From assembly GCA_000002435.2 (NCBI GenBank), contig CM018791.1: 64,000 bases of DNA, one strand, 5' to 3'. The translations under genes and the position numbers were made by a program. The notes below the pieces were generated by a model. The model was given only the letters and a program-made list of their open reading frames with translations. It was not told where the DNA came from and did no database searches. Positions within the stretch are counted from its first letter, which is position 1, and every line of letters begins with the position of its first letter. Below are positions 32,786 through 43,269 of the stretch, piece by piece. This DNA comes from Giardia intestinalis. Its lineage: Eukaryota.

Positions 32786-34189
32786 ATGCAGAAGCAAAAG
32801 AAGTTTCAAGTGGATGTGGAGGACCCATATACGCTCCAATCTGAGCTGCAGTTTCCAGGCTTGGTTGTCCTAGAAATATTTGCCCACTGGTGCGACGTCT
32901 GTAAGTCTATCGACCCTATTTTTCGGAATCACTTCGTCGACCTTGCTACGCGGAAGCTGAAGTTTGTCCGGGTGCAGCACGCGTTTGTCCCCTGGCTGCG
33001 TAGGTACCACGGCCGCTGTCGACCAACCTTTTTATTCTTCGTCGGCGGCTCTTTAAAGGAGATTGTTGAGGGCATTGATACTCCTAGACTGGATACACTG
33101 ATCCCTCAGCTTGCGCCTGAAAACGAGGTTCCTTTGGAAAAGTTTGTTCCTGAAGAGCGTTTCCCAGAGCTCAACACCGATGAGGTGTACCTGCAGTACC
33201 TTACCCGTGTCGAGGAGCTGGAGCGTGAACGCACGATCGCTATTGAGGCAGGCACAGACACAGACATAGATCCCCGTGGGGAGTACAACTCTCTAGTTAA
33301 GGAGTTTGAGAGTAAGTTCCAATTGCCGATGTCAGCATACTCTCCTGGGTCATTTAGCGGCGAAAGGCCTCCACCAGTAGTAGCGAAGAAGAGTACAGAG
33401 AGCACGACTTTACAAGCAACCGAATTCGTTATGCAGCAATCTACAGAAGAACAGAAAGAGGTCATTCCTCCTGAAGCAGAGCCCGATACTAGCACTGTTC
33501 AACCAACGCAAGTAGAACTGGACGACAAGCCCGCTGAACAAGCTAAGGACGCTGAGGATGTCGCAGATAGTGCCGACGCTAATGCTGAGGCAGAGGAAGA
33601 GGGACAAAAGCCATTGTCCGATGTCGATGAAGAGCGTCTACGCACACCCGAGTCCAGAAACAGCACAGAAGACGACCAGCACAGATCTGCAGAGAAGAAC
33701 GAAGATGGGTCTGCGCTGGATCATCCAGATGTTGAGGGCCACGGAGATGCTGTGCGTCTAGATCGAGAGCCGCTTAAAGAGGGGCAGGAAGACTCAGAAG
33801 GCGCCTTTCACTATGAAACAGGCGCCAGTACAGAAGATGACCAGGATCATCAGCAAGGCTTGGATAGTCAGCGCTCCTATGAGCATCCCGCAGAGGAGAC
33901 ACCCGTAGACCAACCTGGGACAGAACAGGGGCAACCCGATGCTGAACAACACCAAGAAGAGGGGACATATGAGACAGAGGGAAATACTGGATTGCCAGAG
34001 GTTGATAACCCCCCTGAGGATGCTCCTGAGAACGAGGGCCTAGAAGAAAAGGAGGAACCAGCACGAAATATAGAGTCTGCTGGGACGAACGGGACAACCG
34101 ATGTGCTCGATTTTGCCTACACGCCCGAGAATGTGGACGGAGACATAGTGGACCTGCTGGAAACAGAGGAGGCCAACCAGGGGCAATGA
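32786..34189 (+). CDS. Thioredoxin-fold domain protein with a ~300-aa acidic low-complexity C-terminal tail
   Basis: The track starts on TTG (32783). The ATG is at 32786. A W-C-x-x-C motif (FAHWCDVCKS) sits in a thioredoxin-like N-terminal domain. The C-terminus is E/D/T/Q-rich. Confidence 0.6.
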   Translation: MQKQKKFQVDVEDPYTLQSELQFPGLVVLEIFAHWCDVCKSIDPIFRNHFVDLATRKLKFVRVQHAFVPWLRRYHGRCRPTFLFFVGGSLKEIVEGIDTPRLDTLIPQLAPENEVPLEKFVPEERFPELNTDEVYLQYLTRVEELERERTIAIEAGTDTDIDPRGEYNSLVKEFESKFQLPMSAYSPGSFSGERPPPVVAKKSTESTTLQATEFVMQQSTEEQKEVIPPEAEPDTSTVQPTQVELDDKPAEQAKDAEDVADSADANAEAEEEGQKPLSDVDEERLRTPESRNSTEDDQHRSAEKNEDGSALDHPDVEGHGDAVRLDREPLKEGQEDSEGAFHYETGASTEDDQDHQQGLDSQRSYEHPAEETPVDQPGTEQGQPDAEQHQEEGTYETEGNTGLPEVDNPPEDAPENEGLEEKEEPARNIESAGTNGTTDVLDFAYTPENVDGDIVDLLETEEANQGQ

Positions 34190-34211
34190 ACTCTGTGTAA
34201 AGGAGCATTTA

Positions 34212-34499
34212 CTAAGAACCCACAAACCTTGGATAGTGGGGAGACAATTTTGGAGACAACGATCGCGTGCTTTCCTTCCGCAACCCTGCCTCTTCTAGGT
34301 TGCTGACTATTGCCTCCAGACGATCCAGTTTTTGTGTGACCATCAAGAGGTCTTCTGTAAATCGATTCAGGCTTTTGCTTTGCATATCAATTACAGAGGA
34401 AACGGAGTCAGCAATGAGGCGTAAGTGGGCGACAGTCTCTTTGGCAAAGACCTCCTGTTGTCGTGTCATCTTGGTCAGTTGATCCTGCAGACCAGCCAT
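34212..34499 (-). CDS. Possible short coiled-coil protein (95 aa). The long version of this ORF (to 35072) overlaps the ATPase 3' end and starts on GTG
   Basis: The only in-frame ATG is at 34497-34499 (MAGLQDQLTKMTRQQEVFAKETVAHLRLIADSVSSVIDMQSKSLNRFTEDLLMVTQKLDRLEAIV). It has a heptad pattern. Coding status is uncertain. Confidence 0.25.
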   Translation of the reverse strand: MAGLQDQLTKMTRQQEVFAKETVAHLRLIADSVSSVIDMQSKSLNRFTEDLLMVTQKLDRLEAIVSNLEEAGLRKESTRSLSPKLSPHYPRFVGS

Positions 34500-34888
34500 C
34501 CCTGCGCTAAGTCTTTGAATAAGCTGTGCAGACACCACCGAGGAGGAGCTTAGAGACCCGCTCGGGACAGGGTCGTGACCATAATGCTCATCTCGCTTCA
34601 AATAACTTGCAGTCTTACGATTGTATGAGCTACGATTGCGTGATATCGGGTCAGCGCAGGGCGTAGCTGTGTAGCTTTGGAGCACAGAGAAGGGGTCGTC
34701 TTTTTGAAGTGAGTTCACAGACAGGTGAGCGTCAACGGGTCTAGCGAAACGCTGAGAGCTACACGGTACGCTCGCAGTACGCCTTGTCCCTGCGACGGTG
34801 ACTCCGCCTGTCAGACGAGTAGGGCGAATACTCGAGGGCCTTGTATCGAGCGATATCTTGTTCACTTTATCAAAGAGACGATTCTCTC

Positions 34889-37800
34889 CTAAGAATTTAT
34901 TCTGACGCAACGACGACACATCCTGAGCGTGAGGATGTTGAAAACACTCTCCGGCATATTGAAGAAGTGTCTCCCAGTGGAGCTTAGAATGTAAATGCCT
35001 CGAAGACGGACATAGCTCGATGAAGAGGGTCGCCTGTGGGATTTGCTCGTCACTACCATACCAGAGGGCCACCCCGAGCCAGATTCGGATTCCGTTTTTA
35101 TCCCAGAGCCTGCTCTATACATGGGCTTACTTCGATCTCGTAAGACGCTGCGAGATAGGCCAGGATGGTCTTGGTTGAAAGAAGGCTTGCCTATGACAGC
35201 CACATTCTGTTGCGACTCACGCGTGCAACACCGTGGAACTTTGCATGTAGCACAATAAACTGGCTTTCTCATTGATCTGAGAATACGGACCACGTTTGGT
35301 TTAGAGAACCGGCGAACGATGCGTTCACCGACAAAAAGCAGTACAGTCGATATTGCGTTTGTTACGCATAAGCGCCAAAACATATCTAGAGAAAACACTT
35401 CGCTACGAGTCAAGGAGCCCGGATAAATGGCAACAACCAAGAATAGCATCAAGTAGCTGAGAAGCAAGGCAACGAGGAGCATAAGGGAAAAGCGATGGGT
35501 AGTCACAAGGATCAGGCAGAGCTCGCTCCACAGCAGTATGGCGAAGCTGAAAAACGTAAATCTGCTGACAGAAATGGGAAACGACGAGAAGATGTATGCA
35601 AGAAGAAACACTACCACTGCTATAATAAAGCCACTAAATGTCCAGAGAAAAAATGTCTTAAGGTTCAGAATAGATCCACGCGACGTAATCCGATAGATTT
35701 CTGGGTATTTTAGTACTAGTTGGTAGTCCACATCTTCGTTAATATAATAGTTGAACGGTGGAAACATTGTGAATAGCGTCACGTATCCCAAGAGGAGTAC
35801 CCCGGTGTGAAGAACGAGAGACGTGAAAAAGTAAAGGCAGGTGAAACAAATCTGGAGCAAGCATAGCGCAACCCCGCGCTGGACGATAAACTGGCATATC
35901 TGTGCACTACCCACGTAGCTACACTTGCCATACCATAACAGAAGCTTCTTCAGTCCTCGGAATTCTGTCATCACATAGTCTGCTGCGTTGGCCGCCTGGT
36001 TGCCCTCCTTGCCCCGCAGTCCTATGCCGACAGAGCAAGTTTCGATCAGGGGAACATCATTTGCCCCATCGCCTATCCCTAGGGATTTGCTGCCTGTGTA
36101 TACCGAAATGAGGCCTGCAACAAGGGCCTTCTGCGTTGGTGTGCAGCGGCAGCAGAGGACCGTTTCTGCCTTGCTAGCAATATTTGCAAAAAGCTCGCGC
36201 GTCTCTGCATCTGGTCCAAGACTCCCCTTACCGCGTCTGGGGTGTCCTGTAAGGTAGATAAGTAACCAGCGGGTGAATCTCCTCCAGATCCTTACACACG
36301 AGTGCAAAGGAAGAAGGTTCCCAGTGATGGGATGGATTGCATGTGTGTAGAAGTAGTCCACGGGGTAGTTACCGAGGAGTTTCTCCAGCGCTGATCCGTC
36401 TATGACGATGGTAACCTCATGTGTGAAGCTAACCATTTGAGAGAGCTCTTTCAGAACGGAGACTATTTCAACAGGGGTGAGCTCCTCCGTCAAGAAGTAG
36501 ATATGCTCACTCAAGCGCCCATAGCACGTGCTTGCTAAAACAAGAGACCCTGGGCGTTTCTTTCTATTGAGCCGCTTTTCTCTTCTGGAGGTGACACTCA
36601 TAAAGGAATTGGGATCATCTCGAATGGCTCTGCGGAGGATTGCCATGGGTGTCTTATCCTCTTGGCCCACTTCTATCTCAGATCTTGTAGGAATAGATAC
36701 AGCATCTAGAGATGGAGTAGTTGGATACTTACATGCCTCAGGATGCAGCGACTGAGTAGTCAAAGGCGCGGTATTCTCGGATGCACGAAGCTTGCTGGTA
36801 TGCTTCTTGACTGCTGTATTTGGGAGCAACCCGCACGACTGGGCTATGCTCAAGCATGTCACAACCTTGTCTCCGGTCAACATCCAGAACTTAATTCCTG
36901 CTCTTTTCAGATCCTGGATCGTTGCCTTCACATTGAGCTGGAGCTGATCTTCGATTCCTGTTACACACAAGACCTCCACCCCTGTCAGCAGAGTCTCTTC
37001 GCATTTCACGAGTATGGAATCTCGGTTTGCCAGATCTGCAGACGCAGCAGTAATGGATGAATGAAAATTACTAAGGTCGTCATCATCGAGCATGCGGTAC
37101 GCATACACGAGGGTCCTCCGCCCCAGCCCTGCCAAAGCATCGACGGTGTTTCGAAGCCATGGACAGTACTTGGCAAACACCTCAATAGTTGTGTCTGCTC
37201 CCTTAACGAAAATAAACGTGGTTCCGGTAGCAATGTGGTGAGTGACGACAGACATGCGCTTGGTCTCTGATGTAAATGGAAAGGTATGAAGAAGCTCAAA
37301 CTCTTGAGATCCTGTACTAGCAGTGTAGCGTACAAGATTATGTGACTTTTCTTCCAGTATATAGCCCCGCGCATGCATGCTTCTTATTATTGCAACCTCG
37401 TCGGGAGATGAGCCAATATATCGATTAAGGATCAGATTTTCGTCAATCTCGCGGCGCGTAAAGAGCAATTCTGTTGGTGAATCGGAAAGTGAGAGCGTCT
37501 GCACAGGCTGAGATCGATCTTCGAGCCCGATGGCCTCAGAGATGCTCGCGTCGAGAAAGCTAGTTGGCTCCTGAGACGTTCTCTGTTCAGATGATTGACT
37601 AGTGCTTGCTGAGCAAGTTCTTGGCTGCCTCCTCCTTCTTGGCCTAAGGGCGGTATCTTGCTCTGGTGAATCCTGATCCTCGCGGAACAACTCGACGTTG
37701 TGACATGTCATGATTGCAAAGAGGACGATGCGCTGCAATTCGCTAGCGTAATTATCAAATACGTGGACAGACAAGCTGGGCTTTTTTTCTCCAACAACCT

Positions 37801-38914
37801 CATGGAGCCACATCTCGTTCCGTGTCAGAGTCCCTGTTTTGTCGCTGAAGACATGGCTAATGCGGCCCAGCTCTTCAGCTAGATCGGTTGATCTGACCTC
37901 AATCCCACTTATGGTGTCGTCCCGCTTAATACTTCCGGCCATGACGAGCTTGCCGAAGTCATAGGAAACCTGCATGGCCAATGGAATAATCGAGCTGAGG
38001 ATTATGATCCAGCGAACGAAGACGATAATACTTCTGGTTGTGGTGGCAAATGTAACCAGCGCTGACAGGAGCAGACAGAAAATGAACATGCCCTTGACAA
38101 ACATGTTCAGCTCAACATCGAGAGACCCTTGTTTAACCCGTCGCCGTCCAAGGTTCTGCATAATGCGTGTGCTCTTCCCTGTGTAGACAACCAATCCCGT
38201 TGCGTATCCGCGCGCAAGACTGCAATTCATCCAGATTGCATTAGAAACTGTAATGGGTCCAATTACAGCGTCAGTTTGTGCGTTTTGAAGAACCCCGGAA
38301 AAGTGATAGAGATTATCCGATGGCTTGGCATAGGTAACGTGGATGGAATCAAGGACTGCAGAGAGCAGGTCCGGTGCTGCCAGTGTTTCTGGGCTATCGA
38401 CAGTACCAAGCAAAGGCATCTTGACCTTTAGATCTGTTTCCCCATCCAGATTGACTGTCTTGACATACAAATGATCCACGGCTTGGAGGATAACGATGTC
38501 CGCGGGAACCCTCTGATTTGGCTCTAGAAGCACGATGCTTCCAACCTTAATGTCTTCGGACTTGGTAGGAACGAGTCCATAGGGGCCAATGATATTGTAC
38601 TTGCCACTATTGACTAACTTGTCACGTCTTGCTCGATTCAGCTCATCATACAATTCGCGCCCAACACTGACTAGGACAATGAAACATAGAGGAAGGTAGT
38701 ATGTAAAGGCGAGGCCAACTTGAAGAGGGCGATAGAGCTGGAGAAAGGCTAGAACCAAGAAAAACTGGTTGAAGAAAAGCCGGAACTGTTTGAGGACAGC
38801 AACAAAGGGAAAAACAATCCAATTGTACTTCCGGGTCTTAATCTTGTTGGTGGGCATGGGTGCTTCCGTGGTGTCTGCGCAGACACCACGGAACCTGATG
38901 GATAGATGTTCCAT
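34889..38914 (-). CDS. P4-type phospholipid-transporting ATPase (flippase)
   Basis: DKTGTLT phosphorylation motif, TGDKVVT and GDGANDV hinge motifs, an N-terminal N.I.T.KY...F.P..L..QF motif (NKIKTRKYNWIVFPFVAVLKQFRLFFNQFF) and 10 transmembrane helices. The track start (38968) is TTG. Candidate ATGs are 38914 (MEHLS) and 38857 (MPTNK). Confidence 0.85.
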   Translation of the reverse strand: MEHLSIRFRGVCADTTEAPMPTNKIKTRKYNWIVFPFVAVLKQFRLFFNQFFLVLAFLQLYRPLQVGLAFTYYLPLCFIVLVSVGRELYDELNRARRDKLVNSGKYNIIGPYGLVPTKSEDIKVGSIVLLEPNQRVPADIVILQAVDHLYVKTVNLDGETDLKVKMPLLGTVDSPETLAAPDLLSAVLDSIHVTYAKPSDNLYHFSGVLQNAQTDAVIGPITVSNAIWMNCSLARGYATGLVVYTGKSTRIMQNLGRRRVKQGSLDVELNMFVKGMFIFCLLLSALVTFATTTRSIIVFVRWIIILSSIIPLAMQVSYDFGKLVMAGSIKRDDTISGIEVRSTDLAEELGRISHVFSDKTGTLTRNEMWLHEVVGEKKPSLSVHVFDNYASELQRIVLFAIMTCHNVELFREDQDSPEQDTALRPRRRRQPRTCSASTSQSSEQRTSQEPTSFLDASISEAIGLEDRSQPVQTLSLSDSPTELLFTRREIDENLILNRYIGSSPDEVAIIRSMHARGYILEEKSHNLVRYTASTGSQEFELLHTFPFTSETKRMSVVTHHIATGTTFIFVKGADTTIEVFAKYCPWLRNTVDALAGLGRRTLVYAYRMLDDDDLSNFHSSITAASADLANRDSILVKCEETLLTGVEVLCVTGIEDQLQLNVKATIQDLKRAGIKFWMLTGDKVVTCLSIAQSCGLLPNTAVKKHTSKLRASENTAPLTTQSLHPEACKYPTTPSLDAVSIPTRSEIEVGQEDKTPMAILRRAIRDDPNSFMSVTSRREKRLNRKKRPGSLVLASTCYGRLSEHIYFLTEELTPVEIVSVLKELSQMVSFTHEVTIVIDGSALEKLLGNYPVDYFYTHAIHPITGNLLPLHSCVRIWRRFTRWLLIYLTGHPRRGKGSLGPDAETRELFANIASKAETVLCCRCTPTQKALVAGLISVYTGSKSLGIGDGANDVPLIETCSVGIGLRGKEGNQAANAADYVMTEFRGLKKLLLWYGKCSYVGSAQICQFIVQRGVALCLLQICFTCLYFFTSLVLHTGVLLLGYVTLFTMFPPFNYYINEDVDYQLVLKYPEIYRITSRGSILNLKTFFLWTFSGFIIAVVVFLLAYIFSSFPISVSRFTFFSFAILLWSELCLILVTTHRFSLMLLVALLLSYLMLFLVVAIYPGSLTRSEVFSLDMFWRLCVTNAISTVLLFVGERIVRRFSKPNVVRILRSMRKPVYCATCKVPRCCTRESQQNVAVIGKPSFNQDHPGLSRSVLRDRSKPMYRAGSGIKTESESGSGWPSGMVVTSKSHRRPSSSSYVRLRGIYILSSTGRHFFNMPESVFNILTLRMCRRCVRINS

Positions 38915-38968
38915 TCCACACCTTTGTCCAATTTTACTGACGAACTTATTAAAAAACAGGGTTGTCAA
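38915..38968. promoter_or_regulatory. Short AT-rich divergent promoter region shared by the P4-ATPase (-) and NSF (+)
   Basis: ttgtccaattttactgacgaacttattaaaaaacagggttgtcaa lies directly between the two divergent start codons. An A/T-rich initiator-like element (attaaaaaac) sits at -18..-9 of the NSF ATG. This is Giardia-style promoter compactness. Confidence 0.4.
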
Positions 38969-41380
38969 ATGTCTGGAGAGGGGTTCAGCTATAAAGCCGG
39001 TAAGTACCCTAGCACCTCTTTGCTCGAGACCAACTGTGCATACTTATGTCCTAGTGACTATGCTGCAGTTCTTGGCAACGAGAAGTCTGATAACGTCTAC
39101 CTCGAGAGGAACGGCCACGTCGTCCTACTGAGACCGGGAAGGGGCAGCGGGTCAGTTGCAGCCCACCACGACCCCATGCCCGAGGTTCCTCAGGGCGTGA
39201 TCCTCCTGTCAACGTTTCATAGAACAAAGTGGGCAGCGCCTTTGGACAATACTCCCATCACTGTGTCACGGTCCAAGTTTGACGCCACTGCCAGAGCCAC
39301 CACTGTGGTATTCATGATCAAGCCAATGGCTAAGCAACAAAAGCCAGTGACCATAGACACGGCAAAGCTCAAGGTCCGTATTACAGAGAAATTTGTCCAC
39401 CTCCCTCTTGCTATCGGTCAGGACCTTGCCATTAGTGACGGTTCTGACTTCTTCATCTTGGGGGTTGTTGGCATGTCTGGCAAGAACAAGGAGATAGTGA
39501 GCGACGAGACCACACTTGCTTTCTATAGGGATACTGAAGCAATCTTCCAGACTCAAACAAAGGAAATAAAGCTCACCGGGGAGTACGCAGTCGCAGAAGT
39601 CTCTGCGGTGGCTAAGGCGCTGATGAATCTCATCAACGACACGCCTGAGAAGAACGAGCAGGGGGGCATAACTAACGCAGAAAGCTTAGGAATAGGGGGC
39701 CTCAATAAGCAGTTTAAGGACATATTTAGGCGCGCATTCATGTCACGAATATTTCCACCGGACAAGTTGGCAGAGCTTGGCCAGACACACGTTAAGGGTC
39801 TCCTTTTGTACGGACCACCTGGCACGGGAAAAACGTTGACAGCCAGGAAGATTGGCGAGTTGCTGAACGCGCGGCCTCCAAAGATGGTTTCCGGTCCAGA
39901 GCTTCTGGATAAGTACGTTGGCGGGTCGGAGCAGAAGGTGCGCGATCTGTTCAGTGACGCGTTTGAGGAGTGGAAAGAGCGCGAGAATGCATCTGAGCTT
40001 CACATAATCATTATCGACGAGCTTGATGCGGTATGCAAACAACGAGGCAGCAAGTCGGACAACACTGGAACAATGGACAGCCTGGTTAATCAGCTACTTG
40101 CGATGATGGACGGGCCCGACGCGCTTGGTAACGTGCTTGTGGTTGGTATGACCAACAGGAAAGAGCTTCTGGACGAGGCTCTGATGCGTCCCGGCCGCTT
40201 TGAAGTGCACCTGGAGATTGGTCTTCCCGACTGCAGAGGAAGAGAGCAGATTCTGAGGATCCACACTAAAAACCTGGTTGCTGCCAAGTCTCTTGCAAGC
40301 GATGTCGATATCGCACATCTCGCTGAGCGCACTCCTAATTTCTCTGGCGCTGAACTAGCAGGTCTTGTTAGGTCTGCTACATCCTTTGCCATGGAGCGTG
40401 CTATTGAGAAAACAAAGTCGGTGGGTCCTAACAAGTTACCCAATTTGAACAAGGTTGACGTCCTGGTGGTGGCAGAGGACTTTGAAAGGGCCCTGGGGGA
40501 GGTTACAGCAGGATACGGCCAGGCAGACCGCACGCTACTAGATGCTGCAGCGCCTTTAAGTATCCTCAAGGCTACCGGCTACGAGTCTGTCGTCCAGCAG
40601 GCTGTGTCTTTTGGAGAGGCAGTCCTAAACAGCAGTATTACTACCGGCGCTATGCTGCTTGCAGCGCCTGCAGCTGGAACTGGTTGCACAGCTCTATGCT
40701 CTGTCATTGCGAAGAGGCTTGGATGTGAGTTTGTTCGAATTATCTCTGCAGAGCAGCTTGTTATGAGGACCTCGACAGAGTATGGGCGTGCAGACCTTAT
40801 ATGTCAAATCTTTGAGGCAGCCTACAGGGTCCCGCGCGCTCTAATAATTCTGGATGGCATAGAGTCCATCATACAGTATACGCCCATTGGCTTCCGATTC
40901 TCCAGTAATGTCCTCCAGACCCTCAACGCTCTCATTTGTAGACCAGCTCCGCCTGATCATAAACTTATTGTTCTCGGCACCACTACGTGCTTGACAGCAA
41001 TGAGCGACGTTGGGCTTGCAAGTGTCTTCGGTCAGGTTTGCAACATTCCATCCCTCACCCCCGACCAAGCCCTCTGCGCGCTCTGCGAATATGCCGCTGT
41101 TGCCCCCAATCTAGAGGAAAAACGCAACGCTACCCACCAAGTTAGCGTGAAATACTATCTCCAACCAAATCCCGTCAAGTATGAGGCGTATGCTGAATAC
41201 AAGCTCTTTTTGGAGAGGCAAAAGCAGGGTATTCCCATCACGATCCGCAATGTGCTACTTGCTTATGAAATGGCAAAGGTCACTGTCCGAAAGGATGCGC
41301 TCTCTCGTAACCCCAATGCGCAACAGGCCGTGATCACCGACTCCGTAATGGCCAGGACATTGAATGCAACGCTATCCTGA
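38969..41380 (+). CDS. NSF: N-ethylmaleimide-sensitive factor (NSF), AAA+ ATPase with D1 and D2 domains
   Basis: The D1 Walker A segment GLLLYGPPGTGKTLTARKIGELLNARPPKMVSGPELLDKYVGGSEQKVRDLF resembles NSF ([52 protein letters not shown]). A second, degenerate AAA domain (APAAGTGCTALCS) follows. The N-domain begins MSGEGF...TNCAYL. The first 21 codons of the track are read as upstream sequence. Confidence 0.9.
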   Translation: MSGEGFSYKAGKYPSTSLLETNCAYLCPSDYAAVLGNEKSDNVYLERNGHVVLLRPGRGSGSVAAHHDPMPEVPQGVILLSTFHRTKWAAPLDNTPITVSRSKFDATARATTVVFMIKPMAKQQKPVTIDTAKLKVRITEKFVHLPLAIGQDLAISDGSDFFILGVVGMSGKNKEIVSDETTLAFYRDTEAIFQTQTKEIKLTGEYAVAEVSAVAKALMNLINDTPEKNEQGGITNAESLGIGGLNKQFKDIFRRAFMSRIFPPDKLAELGQTHVKGLLLYGPPGTGKTLTARKIGELLNARPPKMVSGPELLDKYVGGSEQKVRDLFSDAFEEWKERENASELHIIIIDELDAVCKQRGSKSDNTGTMDSLVNQLLAMMDGPDALGNVLVVGMTNRKELLDEALMRPGRFEVHLEIGLPDCRGREQILRIHTKNLVAAKSLASDVDIAHLAERTPNFSGAELAGLVRSATSFAMERAIEKTKSVGPNKLPNLNKVDVLVVAEDFERALGEVTAGYGQADRTLLDAAAPLSILKATGYESVVQQAVSFGEAVLNSSITTGAMLLAAPAAGTGCTALCSVIAKRLGCEFVRIISAEQLVMRTSTEYGRADLICQIFEAAYRVPRALIILDGIESIIQYTPIGFRFSSNVLQTLNALICRPAPPDHKLIVLGTTTCLTAMSDVGLASVFGQVCNIPSLTPDQALCALCEYAAVAPNLEEKRNATHQVSVKYYLQPNPVKYEAYAEYKLFLERQKQGIPITIRNVLLAYEMAKVTVRKDALSRNPNAQQAVITDSVMARTLNATLS

Positions 41381-42312
41381 AGGGCTAGCGCTGTTTTAAT
41401 AGTTGAACACAAACCCTGAGCATCCATATTGCTGTTAGACTCTGTAAATTTTGAAGCTAAGCAGCCACAAGAGTCTGCTGAACTGGTAACTGCCAACGAT
41501 GGGGTTGGATAGGCTCGGCACTGCCTGGCTACAACTATTCATGTGTGGCATTGTGGTGCAGGGAATCTCTTTATGAATTCAAGAATATAAATCCACGGAT
41601 TGAAGCAATAAGGCACGCCCTGCTTGAGTCACAATTAGGCCAGTTGTCAAGCAAGAACATAGTACAATCTGATCTGGTGCACAAATTGGCATTGTCAACC
41701 TTTAAGCCCAGCAATTAACTTGCAGCCCAAAAGTATGTCTAGCGTATGAAAAAGCACGCTATAGTCTAGTATGCAATTGGTCCAAGACTACTGATGCTGT
41801 AATAAGCTGCTGCTTTATGCAAAAGTAAAAAGTAATGGCATAAAAACTAATGTGGACGGAAAACTACAAGCCAATCACGGCTGGCACAACATATCAGCCG
41901 CACATTTTGCTCCCAAGCAGCGCCTCTCCGGCCGGAGAGGACCTGTTTGTGCACGAAGATTACTTATGGTGCCTAGAAGACCACATCTGCTTCGACAGCG
42001 TCATAGAGACAGCCTTGACCCCGGGACAGGAGCTACGAGGCACAGCCCCCACTGAGAAAGAAAGCCAACGCAATCTAGACCTTCTCCTGGCAGTAATTTG
42101 ATTCTATGCACACCGTAAGATATGGGCGGTGGAGCAGCGAAGCAACGGAGCGACGCTTTCTGATCGTAACCTGTGTTCACCTTTTCGACCTATGCACAGA
42201 TAATTACGACTTTCGCGCTCATAACGCCCGCTTTAAAATCCTTTTGTGAACCCTTTTCATTAAATCAAAGTGAAACAGTCAAAAATTCACTCTAGGCTCG
42301 ATTCTAGACCTG

Positions 42313-43218
42313 ATGTCCCTCACTGTATCCGACCTCACCACGGAGCTGAAGAAGATTATAGATAGCAAAAACGAGTCCGCTCTTGTCCAGTTGACTTCGC
42401 AGTATGCGTCGAAGCACCGAGATAAGGTTGTAATTAACTACAAGTCCATCTATGGGATGTACCCTGCCGATGCAATCAAGAAAGCTCTAAAGTCAGGGCC
42501 TGCTGAAACGCTTCTGATGTATGCGTGGACAGATGCACAGGAGGTGCGTGCACGCCTACTCAACCAGGCCCTCAGTGGCAAGAACAACAAGTCTGCACTG
42601 ATAGACGTCGTCCTCTTTTGCGGCCCAGAAGACTGGTACGAGATGGGAGCACACTACACGCGCATATTTCAGAAAGTGGCCAACGACACCCTGCTCAGTG
42701 ATATCGGCAGCTCTGAGCCGTGGTCGCAACTCATCAAGGGGTGGATCAAACACGACAGATACGAGCGCAAGGCTATTAGTGAGGATGCCGCGGCGCTCAT
42801 GGGCTACTTGGAATCTGGCAACCCCGATGGCCTGATCGATCTCCTGTGCAACACCACAGAGGGAGAGTGGAAAAAGATAAATAAGGTGTTCACAGAGAAG
42901 TACGGCGTCGAGGTGGAGACCCTTATTGCGTCCAACTACGTGAAGACAGACATGGAGGCCCTGCTTACCGCCCACTTCTACCTGCTACAGCCCGGCTATG
43001 CCGCTGCCTACCTATGCTCCCTCGCCAACTCTGGCAAAAAGGGCGATAGTGACCGGATGGTTCGCATCACCTCTCTTATGTTCGACAAGGCATTAAAGTG
43101 TAAGTTTGCGTATGAAAAGTACGGCAAGCTCGGCTCAGACTTTAAGCGCCTCTACGACGCCCGTCTCGGGCGAGCTCTTTGTGCACTTTGGCGTGTTGAC
43201 ACCGAAGGCGCAAACTAA
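42313..43218 (+). CDS. Alpha-giardin family paralog (301 aa)
   Basis: Annexin-like four-repeat protein with the family C-terminus (...[36 protein letters not shown]). ATG start preceded by AT-rich DNA. Confidence 0.8.
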
Positions 43219-43269
43219 AGCGTGCATTTAACAGGTGTGAATTAATAATCGGCTTTTCACTGTCCGTCA

